Shown: piece after piece, positions 1-42,100 of the stretch
Numbering within the stretch: position 1 is the stretch's first letter
How the letters are laid out: each line of letters begins with the position of its first letter
Source: Octopus sinensis
Lineage: Eukaryota
Length of the DNA stretch: 64,000 nucleotides
Direction of reading: 5' to 3'
Assembly (NCBI RefSeq): GCF_006345805.1
Contig: NC_043008.1
Span: 19,096,001 to 19,160,000, forward strand
Position numbers and translations under genes: made by a program
The notes under the pieces: model-generated
What the model was told of the DNA's origin: nothing
The model's database searches: none
The model's input: the letters and a program-made list of their open reading frames with translations, nothing else

Positions 1-771
1 CAATATGTTTTGCAAGATTCCTGATGTGAAATCATGTGTTGAAACAGATATTGTTGTATTTCAGAATGGTCGTTTTATTTTTTATTTTTTTTTTTTTTTG
101 CCAAAGAAACAAACACACACACTATAAATTTATAAATAAGAATAGTAATAAAAATATATAGTTCATGTGTTTAGTCAGCAAAAAATAAAAAATTAAATTA
201 CCTGGTGCCCCAGCATGGCCGCGGCCTTTGGGCTAAAATATTTTAAAGGATTTTTAAGGATTTATCCCAAAATACACTATATATATATATATATATATAT
301 GACGGGTTGCTTTTAGTTTCTGTCTACCAAATCCACTCACAAGGCTTTGGTCGACCTGAGGCTATAGTATAAAACACTTGCCAAAGGTGCCACGCAGTGG
401 GACTCAACCCAGAACCATGTGGTTGGGAAGCTAGCTTCTTACCACATAGTCACTCCTGCACCTTCTTTTTTTTCTTCTTTTAAGTCTTGTACTTATTCTA
501 TCAGTTTCATAAACTGAGCCACTAAGTTACAGGCGCATAAACAAACCAACACCAGTTGTCAAGCAGTGCGATGGGTGACAGACAAAAATACAAAGACACA
601 CACATAGACATATATACATATATATATCACAGGCTTTCACACAGTTTCCATTTAGTAAATTTACTCAACCTGAGGCCGAAACTGAATGTAAAGCAGACAA
701 AATTCAGATGAACAAATTGACATAAAAAAAAAGAATTATCAAAAAGCAAAAAAAAAAAATCTATAACTTAC

Positions 772-30133
<29,362 letters not shown>

Positions 30134-30145
30134 CTGTGATTAAGA

Positions 30146-30153
30146 GTTAAGGA
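30146..30153 (-). promoter_or_regulatory. U12-type (minor spliceosome) branch point TCCTTAAC, 12 nt upstream of the exon 30044-30133 boundary
   Basis: Minus strand reads gtaTCCTTAACtcttaatcacag|ACTTACATT: exact U12 branch consensus at the typical distance, with no polypyrimidine tract. Confidence 0.82.
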
Positions 30154-30324
30154 TACAAATCAAGAATAATTGGCAGAAATGCTTTTCCAAATGGAAGAAT
30201 ACTCTTTGTATACATGACCTGATGAAGACCAGTCTTGTTGGTTCTGACTTTAAAATCCTTAATTGCAAGATGTAGTGAAGTTGTCACAGATATATTCCAG
30301 CCTTATTTGTTTTGGTGTTAGGAA

Positions 30325-30812
30325 GGGTATCAATGATATGCATAAGATCTGGTCATCAAATCTAAGTAGAAATTTCAAACTCAAAATCTTCAAAGCCACA
30401 GTCGAACCAACTCTACTATATGGCTCAGAAACCTGGACATTATTAAAGAAGCTTGAAAGGCGGTTGGATGGAACTTACACTTGCCTCCTTATGAGAGCTC
30501 AAAATCTCTCGTGGAAGCGTCATCCAACCAAAGTACAAATATATGGGAAACTACCACATTGTGAAAGGTAGAAGAGTCCAGTTTGCTGGACATTGTTGTA
30601 GAGCTGAAAACGAGGTAATTTCTACTCTTCTCTTCTGGAAGCCATCTGCTTGCGATACCAGAGAGCGCACACGCTCCTACCCTGATGTAGCCGCCAGGGA
30701 TACAGGCATCCAGCAACAGGACCTTTGTAATGCTGTGATGGACCGTGAGGTCTGGCGTGGCACGGTAAATTCCATTGTCTCGACCACGGTTGAACAATGA
30801 TGATGATGATCA
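30325..30812 (+). mobile_element. RTE/RTEX-like LINE 3' fragment with (GAT)n tail
   Basis: KIWSSNLSRNFKLKIFKATVEPTLLYGSETWTL...LLMRAQNLSW, frameshift, RRVQFAGHCCR...DREVWRGTVNS...VEQ* directly followed by tgatgatgatgat. Confidence 0.88.
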
Positions 30813-30992
30813 AGCTGTAGAAAGCTTGAGTAGATATCAGAACTTTGTAGAGTAGACATCAGAACATTGCACTTTCATTTGGCTCACTAACTTCTGTTGA
30901 TTCATCTAACCCATGCAAGCATGGAAAAGTGGATGTGAAAATAAAGGTTATGGCAGTGGCAGCAGTGGTGACAACGGCAGAGATGATGGTGA

Positions 30993-31092
30993 NNNNNNNN
31001 NNNNNNNNNNNNNNNNNNNNNNNNNNNNNNNNNNNNNNNNNNNNNNNNNNNNNNNNNNNNNNNNNNNNNNNNNNNNNNNNNNNNNNNNNNNN
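30993..31092. other. Assembly gap (100 N)
   Basis: Run of N; true size unknown. Confidence 1.
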
Positions 31093-31493
31093 AGAGAGGG
31101 GGGGAGAGTAAGGCAGTTTATGAAAAAGATTGCAGATGTGAGTGAAAGAAGAACCAGTCGTTAACAATGGGTTGATTGTAGCAAAGATTTTTTGACAGCA
31201 GGAGAGAGAGGATGCGATCCATTTATAGAATATTAACTGTTAGTCAGTAAGATTATAACACATGATGATGATGATGATAGGACTTTTAACCATCATCATT
31301 AGCATCGTAGTAATGATGATGATGATGATGATGATGGTCAGGAGGAGGAAGCGGAGTGAAATGATCTCAGGGATAGTCAGGAAGATTGTCATTCGCCTTG
31401 TGTTGTCCTTTAATGTTTTGGTTTGTATTAGCCCTTGTGGCCAATAAAAGAATTAATTATTATCATTATTGTTGTTATTATTATTATTATTAT

Positions 31494-31547
<54 letters not shown>

Positions 31548-33134
31548 CAGCAGCGGTGGAGGTGGCAGTGGCGGCAGCGGCGGTGGTAATGGTGGTAGTA
31601 GTAGTAGTAGTAGTATCATTAAGAGGATGAAAGGCTGTCTTCATCAAGCAAGTGGTAAGTTCCCAGTGAACCCGAATTTGTGATTGTTATCCAGTTTCCA
31701 TTTTTGGCCATTGACTATTATTTCAATTCATTTCAGATCACATGATTTTATTTTTTTTTTTTTAAAGTTAGGTAGTGTCAAGCATGACTATGTGGTTAAG
31801 CGATTAAGAAATTCACTTGTTGGTGACCTCAAAGTATCCAGTACGCTCTTGTAAAGTTATTGGCATTAGGAAGAGCTGTAGAACCCGTGCCACAACAGGT
31901 AATGGAACCTGAAGCAGCTCCTGACCTTGTCCAGCCCCTGTCAAAGCATCCAACCCATACCAGCATGGAAAATGAACATTAAATGATGATGATGATGATG
32001 GTGGTGGTGGTAGTGGTGGTGGTGGTGGTGGTGGTGGTGGTGGTGGTAGTGGTGGTGGTGCTAGTGGTGGTGGTGGTGGTGGTGGTGGTGGTGGTGGTGG
32101 TGGTGGTAGTGGTGGTTGGTGGTGGTGGTGGTGGTGGTGATGATGATGATGATATATATATATATCTACTATAATAATACTTTTGTGTTTTTCTCTGTCA
32201 CAACACATGAATGAGGAAGGAAGGGGTGGTGGCAAACTTGGTAGTGGGATGATGGAAATTCTACGGTGAATAAAAAAATAAAACAGCATTTCAGTTCTTT
32301 GTGAGTAAATGTGTGTGTATATAAAAGAGAGGTATGTGTGTGTGTATGTGCAATAGAAGTTGGGTGGTGATCATTCAACGCTGAAAAGAAAAATCAAACA
32401 GCGTTTCAACTCTGTGTGAGTATATTTGTGTGTATATAAAAGAGAGGTATTACTCTTTTACTCTTTTATTTGTTTCAGTCATTTGACTGTGGCCATGCTG
32501 GAGCACCGCCTTTTAGTCGAGCAAATCGACCCCAGGACTTATTCTTTGTAAGCCTAGTACTTATTCAATTGGTCTTTTTTGCCGAACCGCTAAGTTACGG
32601 GGACGTAAACACACCAGCATCGGTTGTCAAGTGATGTTGGGGAGACAAACACAGACACACAAACATATACACACACATACATACATATCTACATATATAC
32701 ATATATACAACAGGCTTCTTTCAGTTTCCGTCTACCAAATCCACTCACAAGGCTTTGGTCGGCCCGAGGCTATAACAGAAGACACTTGCCCAAAGTGCCA
32801 TGCAGTGAGACTGAACCCGGAACCATGTGGTTCGTAAGCAAGCTACTTACCACACAGCCACTCCTACGCCTACACTAGGTATGTATGTGTGTGTGTGTGC
32901 AATAGAAGTTGGATGGTGATCATTCAACGCTGAAAAGAAAAATCAAACGGCATTTCAACTCTGTGTGAGTATATTTGTGCATGTGTGTGCATGTACAAAG
33001 GACATACATGAATGTTTATATGTGTGAACCAGTGTTCTTTTAGTAACAAATGATGATTGATGTCACATCTCAAAACACAACCACTAGACCACTAGATAAC
33101 ATTGAGATGTGTATTGATATGAATTACCATCCCT

Positions 33135-33445
33135 AAAGCACCATCCGAATCGTGGCCGAAGCCAGTGCCGCCTCGACTGGCTTCCGTGCAGGTGGCACGT
33201 AAAATGCACCAATCCGACCGTGGCCGATGCCAGCCTCGCCTGGCACCAGTGCAGGTGGCACGTAAAAAGCACCCACTACACTCACGGAGTGGTTGGCGTT
33301 AGGAAGGGCATCCAGCTGTAGAAACATTGCCAGATAAGACCGGAGCCTGGTGCAGCCTTCTGGCTTCCCAGATCCCCGGTCGAACCGTCCAACCCATGCT
33401 AGCATGGAGAACGGACGTCAAACGATGATGATGATGATGATGATT
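33135..33445 (+). mobile_element. SINE-like family B (core gtggttggcgttaggaagggcatccagc, (GAT)n tail), representative copy
   Basis: About 15 copies, e.g. 1215-1580(+), 2315-2645(-), 4735-5450(+), 12915-13270(-), 23110-23280(+), 37455-37650(-), 44853-45000(+), 51735-51890(-). The (GAT)n tail matches the RTE tail at 30800, suggesting RTE mobilisation (inference). Confidence 0.85.
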
Positions 33446-34124
33446 TTATCTTTTGTCCTTATTTATATATAAAATACTACAATTAGCTGTCATTTTTGAT
33501 GGCACGGGGCCAACCAGTACATACATATAAAATATTTTCTACTCTAGGCACAAGGCCCGAAATTTTGGAGGAGGGGGACAGTATGCAACTGGTACTTAAT
33601 TTATTGACCCTGAAACGATGAAAGGTAAAGTCGACCTTGACGGAATTTGAACTCAGAACGTAAAGACAGACAAAATAGCGCTAAGCATTTTGCCTGGCGT
33701 GCTAACGTTTCTGCCAGCTCGTCAGGCTTCCAGGTCAAATGGAAGATAGAAGAAGCACTTGAACATTCATAATAGACAAGCAGGGAATGAAGTCAAAGCT
33801 GAAATGAGATGTTGTTGCAATACAAAATCAGCTCTTCAAATGCTTTTCATGACTCAAAAAGAACAACTATAAGTACAAAATCTGGTATATCAAAATCTGA
33901 TATTCTTCCTAAGCCATGAGTTATAGAGAGTCTCTTGTTTTCTTTCATCATCAGGAATCCAGTGAATCAGAATCTTGTAAACCAAAGGGGCCATTCTTTA
34001 CCAATTACAATGAGATATATAAATAAATTGCCAACTCCACTCCTTCCCTCTCTCTCCCTCCCTATCTCACTATTTCTCTCCCTCTCTCTCTCTTTGTTTT
34101 TATCTATCTGTATCTCTCTATGTC

Positions 34125-34165
<41 letters not shown>

Positions 34166-34629
34166 ATATATATATATATATTCTTTTCTTTTTTTTATTC
34201 TTTTACTTGTTTCAGCCCATTTTTTACTGCGGCTGTGCTGGACCACTGCCTTCAGTAGAACAAATCAACCCCAGGACTTAGTCTTTGTAAGCCTAGTACT
34301 TATTCTATGGGTCTCTTTTGCCAAACTGCTAAGTTATGGGAGCATAAACACACCAACATCAGTCGTTAAGCAATGGTGGGGGAACTAACAGAAACAAACA
34401 CACACACACACATATGAGAATTATTATGCCTGAACAGAAACCAGTCCACATGAGTCCAAATACTTAAATGAATGCTGGGAGATTCTCTTAGCTTGTTTGC
34501 CTTCGGACGGTCAATTTCTGTAGTTATTATCGGTATAATTTGGCAATTTAAATAAGAGTTTGACTGTTATTTCCATATGTATATATATGTATGTATATAT
34601 AGCTATCTAGCTAGCTAACCACCTTTCTC

Positions 34630-34666
<37 letters not shown>

Positions 34667-35034
34667 GCTCTTTCTCTTTCTCTCTCTCTCTCTAGCTCTT
34701 TCTCTTTCTCTCTCTCTCTCTTTGAACTACATGACTCTATACCCAGGGTAGCCAAAATTGGTTTGTAGTAATTTCTTTTGTTTTGCTACAAGTCTTATTT
34801 TTTCAAAAGAGAAAGAAATAGTTTCAGCCAAATTTACCCCAGTATATTACCAGTACTTGGTTTACTGACCCTTACTCTCTCACACACTCACACACACACA
34901 AAGGAGATAAAGAGCAAGGTTGAAGGGCAAGAGGAGATTTTAATGTAGACCATAGCAGACCAAAATAAGAACTATATTGCAGTTAGCATGATGTTCTAGA
35001 ATTTAAGCATTTCCTCATTTCCATTCCTCTAGAA

Positions 35035-35263
35035 CAGCGGGTCCCAACGTTTTTGCACTCACGACACCATACCCAAAAGCCTGAAACTGACCTCCACGCG
35101 ACCTCCTACAATCAGTAGTTTGATTTACATTTCATGAAATTAATATTACCCTAAGCCACTTCTAGCAAGGCTACGCGACCACCATCACCACCCCCTGCTA
35201 CCAAGACTTCGTGCCCCTCCCCCCCCCGGCCAGGGGTGAGGAACCCTCAGTTTGAAACCCCTG
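35035..35263. mobile_element. hAT (Charlie-like) MITE, 229 bp
   Basis: Perfect 8-bp TSD ctctagaa (35027-35034, 35264-35271) matching the NTCTAGAN hAT-Charlie target preference; imperfect TIRs cagcgggtcccaac / rc caggggtttcaaac. Confidence 0.88.
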
Positions 35264-36410
35264 CTCTAGAATAATAAAGGCCATTTTCATTTTTATCTAA
35301 GTTCAAAAAGCAATTCTTATAGGAGAAAGAATATAACCAATTAAATAAACAAAAACCCCATGGTATAACTGGTACTTATTCTGCCTCTTTTTATTTTTCT
35401 GTGCACAATTTTTCTTTTTGCTTTTTTTTTATATTTTACTGATGACAGTCTTTTAATCTTCCTTATTCTTTAACCCTTTTTTCTTTCTTATTTTTATTTC
35501 TTTTTAAACCATTAATGTAACAAACCAGCAGTAAGGAGGTTATTCTGACAAAGCTAACCCCTTCATAATGATAACAGAGATTCTCTCGAAGCCAATTAAT
35601 TTCCTGTATCACTATGGTTTCCTCAGCTATTTCAGCATCAGTTCAGAAATAAACATCAAAGTCGAGGAGCTATTAACACCAGTTGTTTCCAACACCATCA
35701 GCTAAAACAGATAATTGCCAATCAAGTTGTTATATTTATTGGTTTTGTAGCCTTCTGATTTCTTCAAAAGCCAGCAAAAACAGAGATGGTGCTATTGACA
35801 ACATTTGATCAGAGAAACAATGATGCCATCTCTATTGAGACTTTCGCCCAACTTCCAAGAGAAAGTGTTTATTGTGTCAGATTTTCTGCTGCTGTCACTT
35901 GTCAAATTGGACAGCTTAAGGAATTTTTGATTTGGATGTGACTTTAGCCAAGTATCATCAACTACACACACACACACACACACATATATATACTCTTTTA
36001 CTCTTTTACTCTTTTACTTGTTTCAGTCATTTGACTGTGGCCATGCTGGAGCACCGCCTTTAGTCGAGCAAATTGACCCCAGGACTTATTCTTTGTAAGC
36101 CTAGTATTGTTCTATCGGTCCCTTTTGCTGAACCACTAAGTTACGGGGACGTAAACACAACAGCATCAGTTGTCAAGCAATGTTGGAGGGACAAACACAG
36201 ACACACAAACAATACACACACACATACATACATGTATATATACATATATATGAAGGGCTTGTTTCAGTTTCCGTCTGCCAAAACCACTCACAAGGCTTTG
36301 GTCGGCCTGAGACCATAGTAGAAGACACTTGCCCAAGGTGCCACGCAGTGGGACTGAACCCGGAACCATGTGGTAGGTAAGCAAGCTACTTACCACACAG
36401 CCACTCCTAC

Positions 36411-36615
36411 ACCTATGTGACTGCGTGTGTACCGTTGGCGATTTTTTTCCTCCGTCTTCCCTTCTTTGGATCTTTCCTTGGATGTTTCTGACGAAGAGCT
36501 CCGCTCGAAATGTTAAAACCTCCTTCTTTCCTTCTTTCCTGAGCATCCAATAAAACTATACTTGTTCCATGTCCTCGCGTTGTTGTGTTTTCTCTTTGTG
36601 TTTTCATGTTTGGAT
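36411..36615 (+). mobile_element. Penelope-like terminal-repeat remnant with hammerhead-like motif (36480-36523)
   Basis: ggatgttt-CTGACGA-a-gagc-tcc-gctc-GAAA-tgtta-aaacctcc; a related, more decayed copy lies at 43150-43340. Confidence 0.62.
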
Positions 36616-36625
36616 TACTATATAT

Positions 36626-36670
<45 letters not shown>

Positions 36671-36817
36671 ATGTAGGATAAAATCTTTTGAAAAAAATTT
36701 TATCAATGGCCAGCATATTAAAAATACCTTTAAAGGTTAAAATTATACACAACTTATAAATAAGGGCAAACGAAAAAATTGGCATTAGAAATTTTTCGTT
36801 TGCCCTTATTTATAAGT

Positions 36818-36852
<35 letters not shown>

Positions 36853-36865
36853 AACACACACATAT

Positions 36866-36896
<31 letters not shown>

Positions 36897-37115
36897 ATAT
36901 ATATATATATACATACGTAGAACCACTGATACCTGATATATATGACCGTAGGAAACATGAGAGATTCTCTCCTCGTATCCTATCCGAAACAAATCAAAGA
37001 CGGGGATTAAGAGGGATTGGCAGGGAGAGGGACAGAGTAAAACGATCGGTTATGACAGCTGACTGCAGCACACACATACAGACACACACACACACACACC
37101 ACACACACACACACA

Positions 37116-37151
<36 letters not shown>

Positions 37152-38095
37152 CATGCATAGAGCACATACCAGATCAATACTGATGAGATGTGCATGTTTT
37201 GTCTGCACTTTAAAATTTGGTGCAGAAAGATGATAGTGAGACATGGAATTGGAATAGCAAACTGAGGCAAAATATATGAGTCATATATGACTTGTATATA
37301 TTCACAAGACTTGTATAAACAGGTATCAGGTATACACAGGCATTATGTGTGCAGGTACATGTACATTTGAGTATGTGTGTTTATGTAGGTATACATATAT
37401 ATATATAGGTAACTAACCAGTATTTTCATTGTATTTATTATCCCTTATTGAGGTATCATCATCATCATCATCACCATTTAGCGTCTGCTTTCCATGCTAG
37501 CATGGGTTGGACGGTTCAACTGGGGTCTGGAAAGCCAGAAGGCTGCACCAGGCCCAGTCTGATCTGGCAGTGTTTCTACGGCTGGATGCCCTTCCTAACG
37601 CCAACCACTCCGTGAGTGTAGTGGGTGCTTTTTACGTGCCACCCGCACAATATACATGTATATATATACTTTATCTAAAAGCAACAGAAATATAACAAAA
37701 GCTGTTACTCAGAGTTTCACGTTCTCATTCGTTGGACAGTTTTGTTATATTTCTGCTGCTTTTAAATAAAGCATATTACTCAACCTCTGGTATTTGTGTA
37801 CTCTTTTTTCCATCTTGTTTCACATTTATGTGCTTACTCTGGTATATATATATATATAGTTCAAATTTACAGAAAACAAGAGACAAAGACAGGTGTGGAA
37901 ACAACAGGCAGGTGTATTTGATGCTTGGGAAGAATGGAAAAGTCTTTGACAGTTCAAGCTTATGTTCTTCAACAGAAAGGATTGAGATGGAAAAAAAATG
38001 GAGAGAGAACAAAAAAAAAAACAGAGAAAAAATATGCAGGGATAAGCAGTTTCACATGATGAAATGACCCTATATATATATGTATATATATATAT

Positions 38096-38138
<43 letters not shown>

Positions 38139-38693
38139 TGTGTGTGTGTGTGGTGTGTGTGTGTGTGTGTGTGTTGTGTGTGTGTGTGTGTATTAATGGT
38201 GTTGAAACAGCTGTAATTTACAAGATGTGTCATTTGTTTGTTTAAAATAATTAAATTGAATTGAATGTATCGTTTAATGATTAAATTATTTTATTGTTCG
38301 ATTTACTATTTTGGTTTCAGTTTCTAATTTATATTTATATATTGATAAACTATATGTTTATTTTTTATTTATTTATTTACCTATTAATTATGAGCGATAG
38401 TTCATAACATTGTTATTTATATAGGTAAAAAAACAGTAAATTCTTTGGATATTTAATATTCATTAGGTGGTTATTTAACACCTAGCTAAATGTTTTATAT
38501 ATTTAGATGTAGAAAGTATCATTGAAATTAATATTTCTACTTGCATTTATTGGTGTCTGATTGTTGGATATAATTAACCAAATTTGTTTAAAACTGAGTG
38601 CTTTATTGATATTTGCCAGGATTCTTTGATCACTTTTTTTCTTCTAAATATATATATATATCCTGGTCACGGCAGCGCAGTATAATTTTTAAA

Positions 38694-39120
38694 TAGGCGC
38701 AGGGGTGGCTGTGTGGTAAGTAGCTTGCTAACCCACCACATGGTTCCGGGTTCAGTCCCACTGCGTGGCATCTTGGGCAAGTGTCTTCTGCTATAGCCCC
38801 GGGCCGACCAATGCCTTGTGAGTGGATTTGGTAGACGGAAACTGAAAGAAGCCTGTCCTATATGTGTATATATATATATGTATGTGTGTGTGTTTGTGTG
38901 TCTGTGTTTGTTCCCCTAGCATTGCTTGACAACCGATGCTGGTGTGTTTACGTCCCCGTCACTTAGCGGTTCGGCAAAAAGAGACCGATAGAATAAGTAC
39001 TGGGCTTACAAAAAGAATGAGTCCCGGGGTCGAGTTGCTCGACTAAAAGGCGGTGCTCCAGCATGGCCGCAGTCAAAATGACTGAAACAAGTAAAAGAGT
39101 AAAAGAGAGAGTAAAGAGAA
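38694..39120 (+). mobile_element. tRNA-derived SINE family A, representative full-length copy
   Basis: Pol III A-box-like tggctgtgtggt and B-box-like ggttcagtccc, internal (TA/TG)n, tail (agagtaaa)n. About 25 further full or partial copies, e.g. 3162-3566(-), 12073-12480(+), 32451-32877(-), 35990-36410(-), 56037-56460(+), 57322-57730(+), 58225-58715(-), 63380-63740(-). Confidence 0.9.
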
Positions 39121-42100
39121 TATATATATATATATATATACATGCATACATACATATATATATACACATGCACACACATATATATATGTGTACTGGAACT
39201 CCAGTTGATCCAATCAATGGCACAGCTTGCTCATGAAATTAACATGCAAGTGGCTGAGTACTCCACAGACACGTGTACCCTTAACATAGTTCACTGGGAA
39301 CTTCAGTGTGACACAGAATGTGTCAAGGCTGGCCCTTTTTGAAATACTGGTACTACACATTTTTGCCGGCTGAGTGGACTGGAGTAATGTGAAATGAAGC
39401 ACCTTACTCAAGAACACAACACATCGCTGGGATTTGAACTCACAACTTTACAATGGTGAGTCAAATGTCCTAACCACTAAACCACGTGCCTTCACACACA
39501 CACACACAGATATATGCTCATACAGGAAGGCAAAAAATAGAAAGAGACATGGGAAAAAACATATGTAAGTAGGGTCAAAATATAGTTGTGCATGTGTCTG
39601 TGTGTGTGTGGGGGGGTGTATGGATGCTGTGTGTGTGTGTAGATGGTATGTGGTGTGGATGGTGTGTGTGTGGATGGTGTGTGTGTGGATAGTATGTGAG
39701 TGTGTGTGTGTGTGTGTGTGTGGATGGTGTGTGTGTGTGTGGATGGTGTTTGAGTGTGTGTGGATGGTATGTGAGTGTGTATGTTGATGATGTGTGTGTA
39801 TGTGTGTGGATGGTTTGTGTGTGTGTGGATGGATGGTGTGTGCGTGTGTGTGTGTGTGGATGGTGTGGATGGTGTGTGCGAGTGTGGATGGTATGTGTGC
39901 ATATGTGTATATGTGTGCAGATGGTATGTGTGCATGTGTGTGTGTGTGTATAAACAAAGAGACAGACAGGTAGATAGATTATCATCATCATTTTGCACCC
40001 ATTTCCTATAAAGACGTGAGTTGACCTGGGATTCTCACTTTCAGTCAGTTCTTCTTGTGTGTCAGTGCTATCATGGACAGACCAGGACCACATCTCACTC
40101 AATCATTTCACTTTCAACTCAGGTTTCAGCAGCTCATTGCCCTCATATTATTAACCACTGCAAAAAAAGTGTACTCTGGGAATTTTAATGAGGGCACCAC
40201 CACAAGCAATTGTTGTGTCTTGTTACACCATGAGAGTTAAGAGCATTTACAAATGGCAGTGAGCTAGCAGAATTGTTAGTATGCTGGACGAAATGCTTAG
40301 CTGTATTTCACCCATTGCTATGTTATGAGTTCAAATTCCACCGTGGTCGACTTTGCTTTTCATCCTATCGGGATTGATAAGATAAGTACTAGTGAAACAC
40401 TGGGGTCGATGTAATCGACTAGTCCCCTTCTGCAAAGTTTCAGGCATTGTGCCTATAATAGAAAAGAGCATTTACTATTTTAACACTAGTAGGTTCACTC
40501 AAGGTAATGTGATTACTGAGGGGGATAGAAGAGAAAAGGAGAGCAATGGCAGAAGAGCCGAGATGTATGGGTGCAGGGAGGGGAGCAAGAAGAGAAATGA
40601 TGTGGAGTGATGAAGTTTGTGATGGGTAATAGTAGTACGGGTGAACAATGGTAAGAGAAAGCAATGGAAAACAATAAGAAGTAGCCTGGGGGAGAGTGAG
40701 TGATGACTGGCAGTACAGAAAGGGGTAAAAGTAGAATGTATTGAATGTGTAGGCACATGGCACAGTGGTTGGGGTGTTGCACTCACAACTGTAAGGTTGT
40801 GGTTTTGATATACTGACCAGGTATTACATTGTGTTCTTGAGCAAGATGCTTCATTTCATGTTGATGCAGTACATTCAGCTGAATGTGGGCTCCAGCAATA
40901 GTCAGAAAGTTTACCCTGCGATGGATCAGGATCCCGTTCAGTTGTACTAGGTGGGAGGGTGGGGTGACCTCTTGTCACAGACATGCCAAGGAAACAAGGT
41001 TCTCTGATCTTATTGGTCCTCAGGTTCATGACTGACCAAAGAATCTACAGAGTAGAAATAAGCCCAGTAAGATCCCTTGCACATAGACCTAGTGATATGC
41101 AAATGAAATAGGGTGATGAGGGCGATGGTAGGAAGGCTGCGCACAGGGAGTTCCCATACCATCAATTGTTACAAAGTGGTATGAGTAATACTCTGTGTGT
41201 GCATGTATATGTACAAATGAGTGTGTGTGTAATTGTGTGTTAATATACATTTGCATGTGTCTCAGTGAGCGTATGTATATATGTATTCATATATACATAT
41301 ATGCATTTAGGTATACATATAAGCTTGTATGCATGTATGTATATACACATGTCCATATGCATGTATGTATATGTGCATGTATGTATAAATGTATGTATAT
41401 ATGCATGTATGTATGCATGCATGTAATGATTTTGTATGTATATATGTATACATGTATGCATGCATTTATGCATGTGTGTATGAATGAAGGTATGTATGAA
41501 TGCATGTACGTACGTATGTATCTCTATGTCTATGTATATATGTATGTATATGTGCATGCATGTACGTATATGTGCATTCATGTATGTATAAATATATGCC
41601 TGTATGCTTGTATGTATGTATGCATGTATGTATGTATGTATGTATGTATGTATGTATGTATGTATGTATGTATGTATGCATGCATGCATGCATGTATGTA
41701 TTGCATGTGTATGTATGTATCTATGTCTATGTATGTATGTATTTGTATCCTCCCAAGCCTACATTTGCCTCCACCCTTTTTCACTCCTGATTCCCCTCTC
41801 TTATCTACCTGTTGATCACCTTCCCTTTTGTATCCATCTCCACCACCCACACCCCATGCACTTTAATTATCTCATCTCCCTATTACTCATACTCCTTCAT
41901 TTCTTATTACCCCTCACCCCACCACCTACAAAACTCACAAATTGCATATAATAACCGCCCTGCATACATCCTCCCCCACCGCAACACCACCACACCACTA
42001 CCTGTCTCTCTACCTCCTCCTCCATCCCTTTCTTAACATGTTCATGAGAGACTAATCTGATCCCTCCTCCTCATGCTCTGTGCTCACCTTCTTTTCTCTA

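Noticed and set aside
30157-30250. Possible myosin exon ending at GTATCCTT (30156)
   Set aside because: In-frame TGA just before the site and the implied intron would be only 23 nt
35520-35964. Non-repetitive island with minus-strand ORF VDDTWLKSHPNQKFLKL...KCCQ* after tgtgtag, and a plus-strand MVLLTTFDQ ORF
   Set aside because: No similarity I recognise to the missing myosin N-terminal exon, no U12 donor, and the acceptor follows a (TG)n tract; cannot be supported as coding
38694-38770. tRNA-like sequences at SINE heads
   Set aside because: A/B boxes are present but there is no complete cloverleaf; they are SINE promoters, not tRNA genes
40029-40158. Minus-strand exon-like segment with a strong tttttttgcag acceptor
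   Set aside because: Stops in all three frames near the acceptor and a weak donor (gtcaac); at most an unverified non-coding exon
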